In this document: piece by piece, positions 1 to 9,182 of the stretch
Numbering within the stretch: position 1 is the first letter of the stretch
Layout of the letters: every line of letters starts with the position of its first letter
Source: an uncultured Acidimicrobiia bacterium
GTDB lineage: Bacteria; Actinomycetota; Acidimicrobiia; IMCC26256; JAENVU01
Direction of reading: 5' to 3'
DNA: 64,000 bases
NCBI GenBank assembly: GCA_963820025.1
Contig: CAWFYL010000007.1
Location: forward strand, 652,421-716,420
The notes under the pieces: generated by a model
Databases searched by the model: none
What the model was told of the DNA's origin: nothing
The model's input: only the letters and a program-made list of their open reading frames with translations
Position numbers and translations under genes: made by a program

Positions 1-2212
1 CGTCGGGAACCGCGACGAGCACGCCGTCGTCGGGGAACGCGAGCCCGATGCGGAAGCCCCGGGGATCGGGGGCGATCACCGCCGACGACGCGTCGTGGAG
101 CTCCCACCGGACCGCGCCCCGCCACGCCTGGTCGGTGTCGTTCACCACGAACACCGGCAGCCGCGCCGTTCCGGGTTCGTAGACCGAGCGGTCCGTGCGC
201 GCGGTCACGAGCACCGGCCGGGACGCGTCCCGCCAGGCTTCGTAGGTCCGCTTCGGCGCGCGCTCGACGTCGACGAGCCCACCGCCCGCATACCCCCACC
301 AGTCGGCCCAGAAGTGCCAGCGGTACCCCATGAACGGCGCGCCGCGATGGATGCGGAACCACTCGGTCTGGTGCTTGGCCAGCGCCGCGCCGTAGGCCTC
401 CGTCGCGTCCGCCCACTCGCGCAACGAGCCGTACCGGTCGGGCATGCCGGCGAACCCGACGGTCGAGCCGATGAACGAGAGCCGGCTGACCCACTCGCGC
501 ATCTGCACGGTGGTCGGGGGCCAGCCCCGGTCGCCGAACTTCTCGGCCTGCGGTCCGACGGTCCAGAAGCCGTACTCGCTCACGAACCAGGCCGGGAGCT
601 CTGAGACCCGGTACAGGTTCCGCCCGGTGAGCGAGCCCGAGTACGAGTGCACGTCGTCACCGATGCCCGACGCCTCGTGCACGTGCCGCGAGTCGTCGAT
701 CGACGCGAGCGTGGCGAACAGCGCGGCGTCGAGGTGGCGCTCGCCGACGTCGCGCTCGGGAGCGTCGTCCTCCGGTGCGGTCGGCACGAACATCCGGAGC
801 GGCTCGTTGTGGCACGCGTAGTAGACGACGCTCGGATGTGCGTGGAGGAGGTACGCCATGTCGGCGATCTGGCGCTGCGCCTCCTCGACGAAGCCGGGGT
901 TGGTCTCGGATCCACTGTCGTAGAACCACTGCAGCGGGAAGTCCTGGAACGTCAGCATCCCGGCCGCGTCGGCCGCGTCGTACGCGTGGGGCGACTGGAC
1001 GTGCGCATGGATGCCGATGGAGTTCCCGTGCGCATCGGCGATCAGGCGCATGTCGCGGTCGTAGAACGCGCGCCCGACCTCGGCGAAGTGTTGCCAGGGG
1101 ATGTAATTGACCGCCTTCACGAAGACGGCGTTCCCGTTCACCTCGAGGTGCTGCGCGCGGCCGTCGGCGCCGGTGACCACACGGGCGGTGCGGAGCCCGA
1201 AGGTCACGGTGCGCCGGTCGGTCGCGCGGCCGTCGACCGCGGCCACCGCGACGAGGTCGTGGAGGTCGGGCGCCCCGTGGGGGGAGTGGACCGGCTGCCA
1301 CCGGCCGAGGTGGGGGAGCCCGGTCAGCGCGTCGATCCGGGCGACCCCGGGCTCGAGGGTGACCGCGATCGCGGCCCGCTCGCCGGCGACCGAGAGATGC
1401 ACCACCGCGTCGCGGGCCCGAGCGGTGTGGTTGGTGAGGATGAACGCGAGGTGGACGGTGCCGGCGGCATGGTCGAGCGGGGTCACGAACGCGGCGGTGA
1501 TCGCGACCTCGCCGGTGCGGACGAGCGTGACCGGGCCGACGATGCCCGCGGTCGTCATCGACTGGCCCCACTCCGGCGTCCACACCCGCGGTGAGTCGTC
1601 GCCCTCGAGCGGATGGCTCATGCGGCCGGGGAGCCCGCCGGGGCGGCTGTCGTGGTACTTCAGCGTCCCCTTGACGATCTTCTTCTTGTGCCGGAAGAAG
1701 ATCTCGCCGGGGTCGAGCGGCTCGAGCGGGTCCTGCACGCGCACGAGCACCGTGTTGCTCTTCTGCAGCCGCTCGGTGACGTCGAACCCGAACGGCGCGA
1801 AGCAGCCCTCGTGGTGGCCGAGGAGCTCGTCGTTCAGCCACACGTCGGCGAAGTAGTCGACCGCCGCGAACGACAGACGCGCGATGCGGGGACTGCCCTC
1901 GGGCGCGTCGATCCGCGGGTCGGCGAACGTGCGGCGGTACCACATCGGTCCGAAGAAGTCGGAGAACTCGCCGTCGTGGCCGAAGTTGTCCGGCACCACG
2001 ACCTTGCGCCACGGGTCCTCGTCGGCGCGCCGCTCCCAGCGGCCGCCGAGCTCCATCACGATGCGGCCCCCGCCCGCGGGCCCGTCGGTCTCGTGGTTCC
2101 CGTCCCACTCCGTCCAGGCGACGGGGCGCGCCGCGGCCACCGCGGCGAACTCGGACGACGCCGCGACCGGCGCGGGGCCCGGGCGGAGCTTGTCGGCCGG
2201 GCGCAGCTTCAC
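1..2212 (-). CDS. Glycoside hydrolase family 2 (beta-mannosidase/beta-galactosidase-like); C-terminal end runs off the window
   Basis: Own translation of the minus frame, which stays open to the window edge and is therefore absent from the ORF track. GTG at 2212-2210 overlaps the galK stop (GTGA). Translation reads VKLRPADK...WRKVVVPDNFGHDGEF...AAVDYFADVWLNDELLGHHEGCFAPFGFDVT...YACHNEP...FVSEYGFW, which fits a GH2 fold with NEP acid/base and SEYG nucleophile motifs. Confidence 0.8.
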   Translation of the reverse strand, partial: MKLRPADKLRPGPAPVAASSEFAAVAAARPVAWTEWDGNHETDGPAGGGRIVMELGGRWERRADEDPWRKVVVPDNFGHDGEFSDFFGPMWYRRTFADPRIDAPEGSPRIARLSFAAVDYFADVWLNDELLGHHEGCFAPFGFDVTERLQKSNTVLVRVQDPLEPLDPGEIFFRHKKKIVKGTLKYHDSRPGGLPGRMSHPLEGDDSPRVWTPEWGQSMTTAGIVGPVTLVRTGEVAITAAFVTPLDHAAGTVHLAFILTNHTARARDAVVHLSVAGERAAIAVTLEPGVARIDALTGLPHLGRWQPVHSPHGAPDLHDLVAVAAVDGRATDRRTVTFGLRTARVVTGADGRAQHLEVNGNAVFVKAVNYIPWQHFAEVGRAFYDRDMRLIADAHGNSIGIHAHVQSPHAYDAADAAGMLTFQDFPLQWFYDSGSETNPGFVEEAQRQIADMAYLLHAHPSVVYYACHNEPLRMFVPTAPEDDAPERDVGERHLDAALFATLASIDDSRHVHEASGIGDDVHSYSGSLTGRNLYRVSELPAWFVSEYGFWTVGPQAEKFGDRGWPPTTVQMREWVSRLSFIGSTVGFAGMPDRYGSLREWADATEAYGAALAKHQTEWFRIHRGAPFMGYRWHFWADWWGYAGGGLVDVERAPKRTYEAWRDASRPVLVTARTDRSVYEPGTARLPVFVVNDTDQAWRGAVRWELHDASSAVIAPDPRGFRIGLAFPDDGVLVAVPD

Positions 2213-3285
2213 CGCGCCTTCTCGGGGAGCGGTCCGGCGCCGTCGACCACGCGCACGACGAACGCGTGGCCCTCGAGCCCGGTGCGCTCGCCGTAGGCCG
2301 CCACCGTCTTCGCCGCGCAGTCGTCGGCGTGGTTGCGCTGGACCATCGCCACCACACAGCCACCGAAGCCCGCCCCGGTCAGGCGCGCGCCGATCGCGCC
2401 GTGCTCGACCAGCAGGTCGACCAGCGCGTCGAGCTCCGGGGTCGACACCGCGTAGTCGTCACGCAGGCTGGCGTGGCTCGCGAGCAGCAGCGGTCCGAGC
2501 GCGTTCACGTCGCCGTTCTCGAGCGCGCGGGCGAAGTCGAGCACCCGCTCGTTCTCGGCGACGACGTGGCGGGCGAACGGGTCGTCGGCGACCTGGTCGG
2601 CCGTGGCGTCGCGCAGCGCGGGGACCCCGAGGCGCGCGGCGGCGTCGTCGCACGCGGCCCGGCGCTCGGCGTAGGCGCTGCCCGCCAGCGTCCGCGAGAC
2701 GCCGGAGTGCACGACCAGCACCACGTGGGACCGGGGAAGGGCCACCGGCGTGACCTCGAGCGAGCGGCAGTCGAGGAGGAGCGCGTGGTCCGCCACGCCG
2801 AACAGCGACGCGAGCTGGTCCATCAGCCCACCGGGCACGCCGGTGGCGCGGACCTCCGCGTCGAGCGCGGCCCGGGCGACCGCTCGCCGGTCGTGGAGCT
2901 CCAGGCCCGCGGCTTCGGCGAGGGCCAGGGTCAGCGCGACCGACAGCGCCGAGCTCGACGAGAGCCCCGCGCCCGCGGGCACCGTCGACGTGACCGTGCC
3001 GTCGAAGCCGACCGGTTTCCGCCCCCGGGCCGCGAGCGCGCGCAGCACCCCCGCCGCGAACCGTCCCCAGGCCGGCTCGACCCCGGCCGGGTCGTCGCTC
3101 CCGTCCGCCGGGAGGTCGACCGCCCCGGGAAGCTCGCGGGACCGGAGCGTCACCCGCCCGCCCGCCCGCGCGCTCCCGGCCACGACGCACTCGCGGTCGA
3201 TCGCGAGCGGCAGGCACCAGCCGTCGTTGTAGTCCGTGTGGTCGCCGATGAGGTTGACCCGTCCCGGCGCCCGCACTTCGATCAC
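2209..3285 (-). CDS. galK: Galactokinase
   Basis: ORF 2209..3285 begins MIEVRAPGRVNLIGDHTDYNDGWCLPLAI (GHMP/galactokinase signature) and carries the GAGLSSSSAL phosphate-binding motif. Confidence 0.95.
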   Translation of the reverse strand: MIEVRAPGRVNLIGDHTDYNDGWCLPLAIDRECVVAGSARAGGRVTLRSRELPGAVDLPADGSDDPAGVEPAWGRFAAGVLRALAARGRKPVGFDGTVTSTVPAGAGLSSSSALSVALTLALAEAAGLELHDRRAVARAALDAEVRATGVPGGLMDQLASLFGVADHALLLDCRSLEVTPVALPRSHVVLVVHSGVSRTLAGSAYAERRAACDDAAARLGVPALRDATADQVADDPFARHVVAENERVLDFARALENGDVNALGPLLLASHASLRDDYAVSTPELDALVDLLVEHGAIGARLTGAGFGGCVVAMVQRNHADDCAAKTVAAYGERTGLEGHAFVVRVVDGAGPLPEKAR

Positions 3286-3324
3286 GGCGGCGACGCTAGG
3301 TCAGGCGATCGCGGTCGGGCGCGC

Positions 3325-4923
3325 TCAGGGGGCGGGGTCCGGCGGCGAGTACGGACACGCCAGGTCCAGCGGCGGAGGTGTTCCGCTCACGAGGAACCCG
3401 CCGATCGCGTCGTCGACGCAGGGTGACTGGCTGAGCCCGAAGGTGCCGTGGATCCCACCGACGATCGTGACCGGCCGCATGGTCGGATAGACGCGCGCCA
3501 TGTTGACCGCCCACTGGTAGGGGGTCTCGCCGTCTCGGGTGCTGTTGGCGATCATCCCGGGGATCGGTGGTCCGTAGGTCTTGGGACGTGGGACCGGGTG
3601 AGGAGCGGCGGCGCCGTATCCGTTGCACGTGGTCAGGTAGTCGACCCCCAGGGTGCCGCCGTAGCGCGGTCCCTCGCGGACGATCGCCTGCAGCAGGTCC
3701 TGCTGGTGTGGGTTCGAGAGCCGGTCGGCGAAGTCCTGGCAGACGACGGCCGACCAGAGGCTGCCCGCGGTGCCCGTGCTCGGGCTCTGGAGGCTCGTGC
3801 TCGTGAGCATCCGGCGCGCCGCTTCCTGTTCGGTGGTGGAACCGAAGAGCGCGTTCCAGGAGCTCGTCACGGCCTGGGACGCCTGGGTCCAGCTCTCGTC
3901 GCCGGTGATCGGGAAGAAGTCGACGCCGTCGTTGAGGACGTCGAGCAGGTCCCAACGCGTGTACCGCGTCCCGTCCGGCAGCAGGATGGTGTGCCGGTTC
4001 AGCCGGGCCATCACCTGGTCGAACTTCGCCCGCAAGCCGGTGGCCTGGAGGAAGAAGCCGATCGAGTGGTCGGGCGCCGTCGACCCGGCACTGATCCCGG
4101 CGAGGGTGATCTGGGGGTCCATGTTGCCGTCGAAGAGCATGGCCCGGACCCGGTCGGGGAAGAGCTGGGCGTAGGTGGAGCCGAGCAGGCTGCCGTACGA
4201 GATTCCCCAGTAGGTGATCTTGGAATCGCCGACCGCGGCGCGCAGCGCGTCCAGGTCGTAGGCGCCGTCCACGGTGCCTCCGTGCTCGACCAGCGCGTGG
4301 TTGGCGGCGAAGCAGCGAGCATTGGCGCGGGCCACCTGCTGCTGGCGCACGGCCAGGACGGAGCGCCACCGGACGGACCCGGTCGCGGGTCGGGTCGGCT
4401 TGGGGATGTTGCACCCGGGGCCCTCGAGCACCGGGGTCGACGCGCCGATCCCGCGCGGGTCGTAGGTGACGAAGTCGAAGCTCGCCCGCACGGACTCGGG
4501 GAGCAGGTAGGCGATCTTGGAGAGACCGACGCCCGACTGGCCGGGGCCCCCCGGGTTGAGGAAGAGCGTCCCCTTGCGCTCGGACGCAGGCCCGGTCGCC
4601 GGGAGCCGCACCACGGCCAGGGTGACGTGGCTGCCCCGGGGGTGGGTGCGGTCGAGCGGTCGGGTGAACGTCGAGCACTCGAACCCTTCGAGGCTGTTGT
4701 CGTCGACCCGCTTCCAGTGATCGAAGTCGGATTGGCTGCAGGGCTTCCATTCGAGCGTTCCCTGCGGCTCCGTGCCCGAGCGGCGCGCCGCGTCGGCTCG
4801 GGCCGTCGGGACGAATGGAGCGCCCGCGAGCATCCAGGCGACCGCCGCGACGGCAACCGCACCGAGCCGGGTCACGCTCCGACACGCGGCCCCTCGAGCC
4901 CCAGCAGATCCATTGGTGGACAT
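3325..4923 (-). CDS. Secreted alpha/beta hydrolase, tripeptidyl-aminopeptidase (Tap, S33-like) family
   Basis: 532 aa ORF with an N-terminal signal/TM segment (LGAVAVAAVAWMLAGAP). Motifs LFLNPGGPGQSG and nucleophile elbow GISYGS are present. Length and C-terminal region are typical of Tap-family peptidases. Confidence 0.85.
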   Translation of the reverse strand: MSTNGSAGARGAACRSVTRLGAVAVAAVAWMLAGAPFVPTARADAARRSGTEPQGTLEWKPCSQSDFDHWKRVDDNSLEGFECSTFTRPLDRTHPRGSHVTLAVVRLPATGPASERKGTLFLNPGGPGQSGVGLSKIAYLLPESVRASFDFVTYDPRGIGASTPVLEGPGCNIPKPTRPATGSVRWRSVLAVRQQQVARANARCFAANHALVEHGGTVDGAYDLDALRAAVGDSKITYWGISYGSLLGSTYAQLFPDRVRAMLFDGNMDPQITLAGISAGSTAPDHSIGFFLQATGLRAKFDQVMARLNRHTILLPDGTRYTRWDLLDVLNDGVDFFPITGDESWTQASQAVTSSWNALFGSTTEQEAARRMLTSTSLQSPSTGTAGSLWSAVVCQDFADRLSNPHQQDLLQAIVREGPRYGGTLGVDYLTTCNGYGAAAPHPVPRPKTYGPPIPGMIANSTRDGETPYQWAVNMARVYPTMRPVTIVGGIHGTFGLSQSPCVDDAIGGFLVSGTPPPLDLACPYSPPDPAP

Positions 4924-5055
4924 CAGCGTCGTTTGTCGGTCGGTCGATCACGCGGCTGTACGTCGACCTTCCCGATCCATCGTCCGCTGGCTGGTGTCTG
5001 AGTAGCCAGGGGTGGCCGACGTCAAGTGCGGGCCGGGATGGTCGATACTTGCGGC

Positions 5056-5967
5056 ATGACTCGCATGCAGCGCTCGTGGGCCCTGGCGAAGTCGAGCTGG
5101 GCCGTCCTCAGGTCCGAGAAGGGCCTCCTCTGGCTCCCGGTGCTCTCGTTCATCGGCTCGGCCATCGTCGTCGGGATCTTCGCGCTCGCCGTCTGGGCGA
5201 CCCTGGGCAAGGACACCGGGCTCAACGGCGACACCGAGTACCACGCGAACGTCGTCACCTACCTCCTCGGCTTCTGCACGTACATCGGCGTCGCGTTCGT
5301 GCAGACCTACTTCCTCGCCGCGCTCTGCGCGGGTGCGAACGAGCGGCTCCAGGGTCGCGACACGACGCTCGGCACGGCGCTCGGCGTCGCGCAGACCCGT
5401 CTGCACCGCATCCTGCCGTGGGCGGTCCTTTCGGCCACGGTGTCGGTCATCATCCAGGCCATCGAGGAGCGCTTCGGGATCCTCGGCCGCATCATCGGCT
5501 CGCTCATCGGCGCGGCCTGGAACGTGGTGACGTTCCTGTCGGTGCCGATCATCGTCTTCGAGGACGTCGGCCCGATCACCGCGCTGAAGCGCTCCGCGCA
5601 TCTCCTCAAGCAGACCTGGGGCGAGAACCTCGCGGCCCAGATCGGTCTCGGGCTCATCGGGCTCATCGCGTTCCTCCCCGGCCTCGCGGTGATCTTCCTC
5701 GGCGTCGCAGCCGGCGACGTGCTGGTCACGGTGCCGCTCGTCGCGGTCGGAGCCGTGCTCCTGGCGGTCGCGATGTCGATCGTCGCCGCGCTGAGCGGGA
5801 TCTACCGCACCGCGCTGTACCGCTACGCGGTGGACGGGCAGGTCCCCGAGGCGTTCGCGACGACCGACCTCGAGCACACGTTCGGCCAGCGCAAGAGCGT
5901 CACCCGCGGGTTCGGTGCGGGTCCCAGCTCGGGTTCGAGCGGGTTCGCGTCGCCGTCGCCCAACTGA
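5056..5967 (+). CDS. Integral membrane protein of unknown function (DUF6159-like by recollection)
   Basis: ORF 5026..5967. I chose the ATG at 5056 (MTRMQRSWALAKSSWAVL...). It has multiple hydrophobic helices (LWLPVLSFIGSAIVVGIFALAVW, IGLGLIGLIAFLPGLAVIFLGV). The start is uncertain. Confidence 0.7.
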   Translation: MTRMQRSWALAKSSWAVLRSEKGLLWLPVLSFIGSAIVVGIFALAVWATLGKDTGLNGDTEYHANVVTYLLGFCTYIGVAFVQTYFLAALCAGANERLQGRDTTLGTALGVAQTRLHRILPWAVLSATVSVIIQAIEERFGILGRIIGSLIGAAWNVVTFLSVPIIVFEDVGPITALKRSAHLLKQTWGENLAAQIGLGLIGLIAFLPGLAVIFLGVAAGDVLVTVPLVAVGAVLLAVAMSIVAALSGIYRTALYRYAVDGQVPEAFATTDLEHTFGQRKSVTRGFGAGPSSGSSGFASPSPN

Positions 5968-5971
5968 GCGG

Positions 5972-6961
5972 TCACACCCCGCGCAGCGCGGCCGCCGCGG
6001 CTTCCGGCCCCACCGGGTTCCCGAACGTGCCGCTCCCGACCTCGCCCGAGGCGACGAAGCGCGGCGTGCCGGCGGCGCGAAGCGGCGGCGCGAAGTGCAC
6101 GTGGACGTGGACGCCCTGGTGGACCCACATGAGGTACGGCATCTCGGCGCCGAACAGGCGGTCGTAGCGCGACACGAGGTCGACGAGCGCGGCGGCGAGC
6201 CCGTCGCGTGACGCCGCGTCGAGCGCCGGGACGCCGTCGTGATGGAGGTGCGGCGCGAGCAGTGCTCCGTAGGGGTACGCGGACGCGAACGGCACGACCG
6301 TGGTCCAGCCGTCGGCGTCGCGCACGACCCGCGAGCCGTCGGCGATCTCCGCGGCGGTCGACGCGCACACCGGACACCCGTGCGCAGCTGCCACCTCGGC
6401 CTCGCGGCGGGGGACCGGGGGGACGAACGGGAACCCGTAGATCTGCCCGTGCGGGTGGGGGATGGTCGCGCCCACGAGCGCGCCGCGGTTCTCGAACACC
6501 AGGACGTGCTCGATCTCGGGGCGTGCGAGCAGTGCCGCGGTCCGGTCGGCCCAGAGGTCGACGACCGCGCGGGCGCCGGTCACGCCGATGGTCGCGAGCG
6601 AGCCGTCGTGGTGGGGGGAGTAGAGCACCACCTCCGACGCACCCCTCGCGGGCAGGGCGACGAACTCCGGCCTCCAGGGATCTCCGGAGGGCGGGCGCCG
6701 GGCCGCGGTCGCCGGGTGCCCTCCGGCGGCAGCCGCCGCGGCGAGCGCGCCGTCGGCGTCGATCGGCGCCCCGGGGGCGAACGGCGGCCACCGGTTCTCG
6801 AACGCGCGCACCGTGTACGGCTCGGGCGCCTCGAGCCCGCCGACGCAGAACGGGCACCCGTCGACGGTCGGCGGATCCGGCGCGAGGTTGGGCCGCCCCT
6901 GGCGGTCGGCGACGATCGCGACCCACTCGCGCGTGAGCGGGTCCAGGCGCAGCTCACTCAT
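5972..6961 (-). CDS. galT: Galactose-1-phosphate uridylyltransferase
   Basis: 329 aa ORF with CPFC zinc motif, ENRG, and the active-site HPHGQIYGFPF (HxH) motif. Confidence 0.9.
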   Translation of the reverse strand: MSELRLDPLTREWVAIVADRQGRPNLAPDPPTVDGCPFCVGGLEAPEPYTVRAFENRWPPFAPGAPIDADGALAAAAAAGGHPATAARRPPSGDPWRPEFVALPARGASEVVLYSPHHDGSLATIGVTGARAVVDLWADRTAALLARPEIEHVLVFENRGALVGATIPHPHGQIYGFPFVPPVPRREAEVAAAHGCPVCASTAAEIADGSRVVRDADGWTTVVPFASAYPYGALLAPHLHHDGVPALDAASRDGLAAALVDLVSRYDRLFGAEMPYLMWVHQGVHVHVHFAPPLRAAGTPRFVASGEVGSGTFGNPVGPEAAAAALRGV

Positions 6962-7039
6962 CTCACCTGCTCCCCCGCTCGTCTCGGGGAGGGTTTGGCA
7001 TACCCGGGTGCGTCGAACGCGCCCTGAAACGAGCTCGGG

Positions 7040-7939
7040 TCATGCGAACTGCGACAGCACCTCGGCGGCGAAGCGGTCGAGACCGTCGACGTCGAACGGC
7101 GCGCGCATCGCCAGGATGAGCATCTCGGCGCCGGCGTCCCGGTAGGCGCCCACCTTGTCGACCACCTCCTGGGTGCTGCCGGTGAGCACGCTGGGGCGGA
7201 CGAACTCGGTGATCTTGCCGAACTGCGCCTCCAGCTCGTCGTCACGCCAGGCGATCGGTGTGTTCACCGTCCTCGTGATCGTCGCCGGGTCCCGGTTCGC
7301 GTCGGCGCAGTGGCGGTCGAGCACGTCCACCTTCCGCCCGTAGTCCTCGGGCGAGATGAACGCCGCGTTCCACCCGTCGGCGTGGCGGGCCGCGATGCGG
7401 AGCGTCACCTTCTCGCCGGTGCCGCCGATCCAGAGCGGGAGCAGCTCCTGCACCGGCTTCGGCTCGCAGCGCGCGTCGGTGAGCGTGAAGAACTCACCGT
7501 GGAACGTCGTCACGTCCTGCGTGAGGAGCCCGCGCATGCACTGGATCGCCTCCTCGACCTGGCGCAGCCGCACTGCGCCGTCGGGGAAGTCGATCCCGTA
7601 CGCCGCGTACTCCGCGACCAGCCACCCGGCGCCGAGGCCGAAGGTCGTGCGCCCGTTCGACAGCTGGTCGAGTGTCGCCATCGTGTTCGCCTGGACCGCC
7701 GGGTGCCGGTAGCCCACCGAGTAGACGAGGCTGCCGCAGCGAACGCGCGACGTGGTCGCGCAGAGTGCGGCATGGCTGGCCACCGCTTCGAGGCTGTGGG
7801 GGTTGCCGGTGCCGTCGGCCGCGTAGAAGTGGTCCCAGATCGAGATCCAGTCGAAGCCGAGGTCCTCGATGTGCGACCACAGCGAGCGGAGCTCGCCCAT
7901 GCTCGTGTTCTGGAGGCCGGTGTGCACGCCGAACTGCAT
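7040..7939 (-). CDS. LLM-class F420-dependent (luciferase-like) oxidoreductase
   Basis: This is the C-terminal 299 codons of track ORF 7040..9091, starting at MQFGVHTGLQNT... (ATG = plus-strand cat 7937-7939). Sequence includes LGFDWISIWDHFY and FGLGAGW. The upstream part of the track ORF is an Arg-rich shadow frame. Confidence 0.85.
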   Translation of the reverse strand: MQFGVHTGLQNTSMGELRSLWSHIEDLGFDWISIWDHFYAADGTGNPHSLEAVASHAALCATTSRVRCGSLVYSVGYRHPAVQANTMATLDQLSNGRTTFGLGAGWLVAEYAAYGIDFPDGAVRLRQVEEAIQCMRGLLTQDVTTFHGEFFTLTDARCEPKPVQELLPLWIGGTGEKVTLRIAARHADGWNAAFISPEDYGRKVDVLDRHCADANRDPATITRTVNTPIAWRDDELEAQFGKITEFVRPSVLTGSTQEVVDKVGAYRDAGAEMLILAMRAPFDVDGLDRFAAEVLSQFA

Positions 7940-8005
7940 CGCGCGGAGGCTAGCCAAGCCCAGGGTGAGCCGAGGCGGGCCACAGGCCTCCCCTACAGTG
8001 GAGGC

Positions 8006-8836
8006 ATGCTCGAGGTGGACCAGTGGCCGGCGCTGCGCGAGCCCGTCATGCTCGTCGCGCTCACCGGTTGGGTCGACGGCGGGCTGGCCGGGACGGGCAC
8101 CCTGGCCGCGGTCGCCGAGGCGCTCGAGGCGCCGCGGAAGTTCGCGACCGTCGACCTGTCGGACCTGCTCGACCTCCAGCAGACCCGTCCGACCGTGTCG
8201 CTCCTCGACGGCGTCACCCGCCACATCGAATGGCCGTCGATCGACCTCGTCGCGGGCCGCGCCGGAGGCCGTGACGTCGTCATCGTCGCCGGTCCCGAGC
8301 CGTCGGTGCGCTGGCGCGACGTGACCTCGGACCTGGTGCAGGTGGCGCAGCGACTCGACGTCCAGCTCGCGATCACCCTCGGCGGGATGCCCGCACCCGT
8401 GTCGCACCGCCGGCCGGTCAACATCCTCGCGACCGCGTCGAGCCGCTCGGTCGCCCAGGAGGTCGGTGCGCTGCGCGGGGACTACTTCGGCCCGACCGGT
8501 GCCCAGACGGTCCTGCAGGTCGCGCTCGGCGACGCCGGGGTGCGCTCGGTCGGGCTGTGGGCCCAGGTGCCGCACTACGTCGCCGCGACCCCGTCGCCGC
8601 CGGCGATCCGCTCGATGCTGGAGCGGCTGCGCGACATCGCGGGCGTGAGCGTGGACCTCCACACGCTCGACGAGCAGAGCGACGCGTACCTCGAGCGGGT
8701 CGAGGAGGGGCTGAGCGAGCGACCGGACGTCGCCGACATGGTCCTCCAGCTCGAGTCCGAGTCGCCGCCCGACGAGGCGGTGTCGGGCGAGGACCTCGCC
8801 CGCGAGATCGAGCGGTTCCTGCGCGACGAGCGCTGA
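8006..8836 (+). CDS. PAC2 (proteasome assembly chaperone 2-like) family protein
   Basis: ATG at 8006 preceded by gtggagg. Sequence reads MLEVDQWPALREPVMLVALTGWVDGGLAG...RPTVSLLDGVTRHIEWPS...GPEPSVRW, the typical actinobacterial PAC2 pattern. Confidence 0.8.
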   Translation: MLEVDQWPALREPVMLVALTGWVDGGLAGTGTLAAVAEALEAPRKFATVDLSDLLDLQQTRPTVSLLDGVTRHIEWPSIDLVAGRAGGRDVVIVAGPEPSVRWRDVTSDLVQVAQRLDVQLAITLGGMPAPVSHRRPVNILATASSRSVAQEVGALRGDYFGPTGAQTVLQVALGDAGVRSVGLWAQVPHYVAATPSPPAIRSMLERLRDIAGVSVDLHTLDEQSDAYLERVEEGLSERPDVADMVLQLESESPPDEAVSGEDLAREIERFLRDER

Positions 8837-8861
8837 CCGCACCGGACCCAAGGAGACCGCA

Positions 8862-9182
8862 GTGAGTGTCGTGAAGATCAACGCGATCACGGTGGACCCG
8901 GACAAAGCCGACGAGCTCGTCGCCCGCTTCGCGGCGCGCGCCGGTGCGGTCGGGGGATCGGAGGGCTTCGAGGCCTTCGAGCTCCTCCGCCCCAACGACG
9001 ACCGGAACCAGTTCCTCGTGTACACGCGGTGGCGCTCGGAGGCGGACTTCCAGGCCTGGGCCAGCAGCGCGGCGTTCGGCGAGGGCCACAAGGCGCACGC
9101 CGAGAAGGGCCCGGTGAGCTCCCACGCCGAGCTCTGGAGCTTCGACGTGGCGCAGCACGAGCGCGCCGCGTCGGACCGGTGA
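8862..9182 (+). CDS. ABM-domain monooxygenase, MhuD/IsdG-like (heme-degrading type)
   Basis: 106 aa. MSVVKINAITVD...FEAFELLRP...FLVYTRWRSEADFQAWASS closely resembles my recollection of M. tuberculosis MhuD (MPVVKINAIEV...FQLLRP...THWESDEAFQAWA). Confidence 0.8.
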   Translation: MSVVKINAITVDPDKADELVARFAARAGAVGGSEGFEAFELLRPNDDRNQFLVYTRWRSEADFQAWASSAAFGEGHKAHAEKGPVSSHAELWSFDVAQHERAASDR

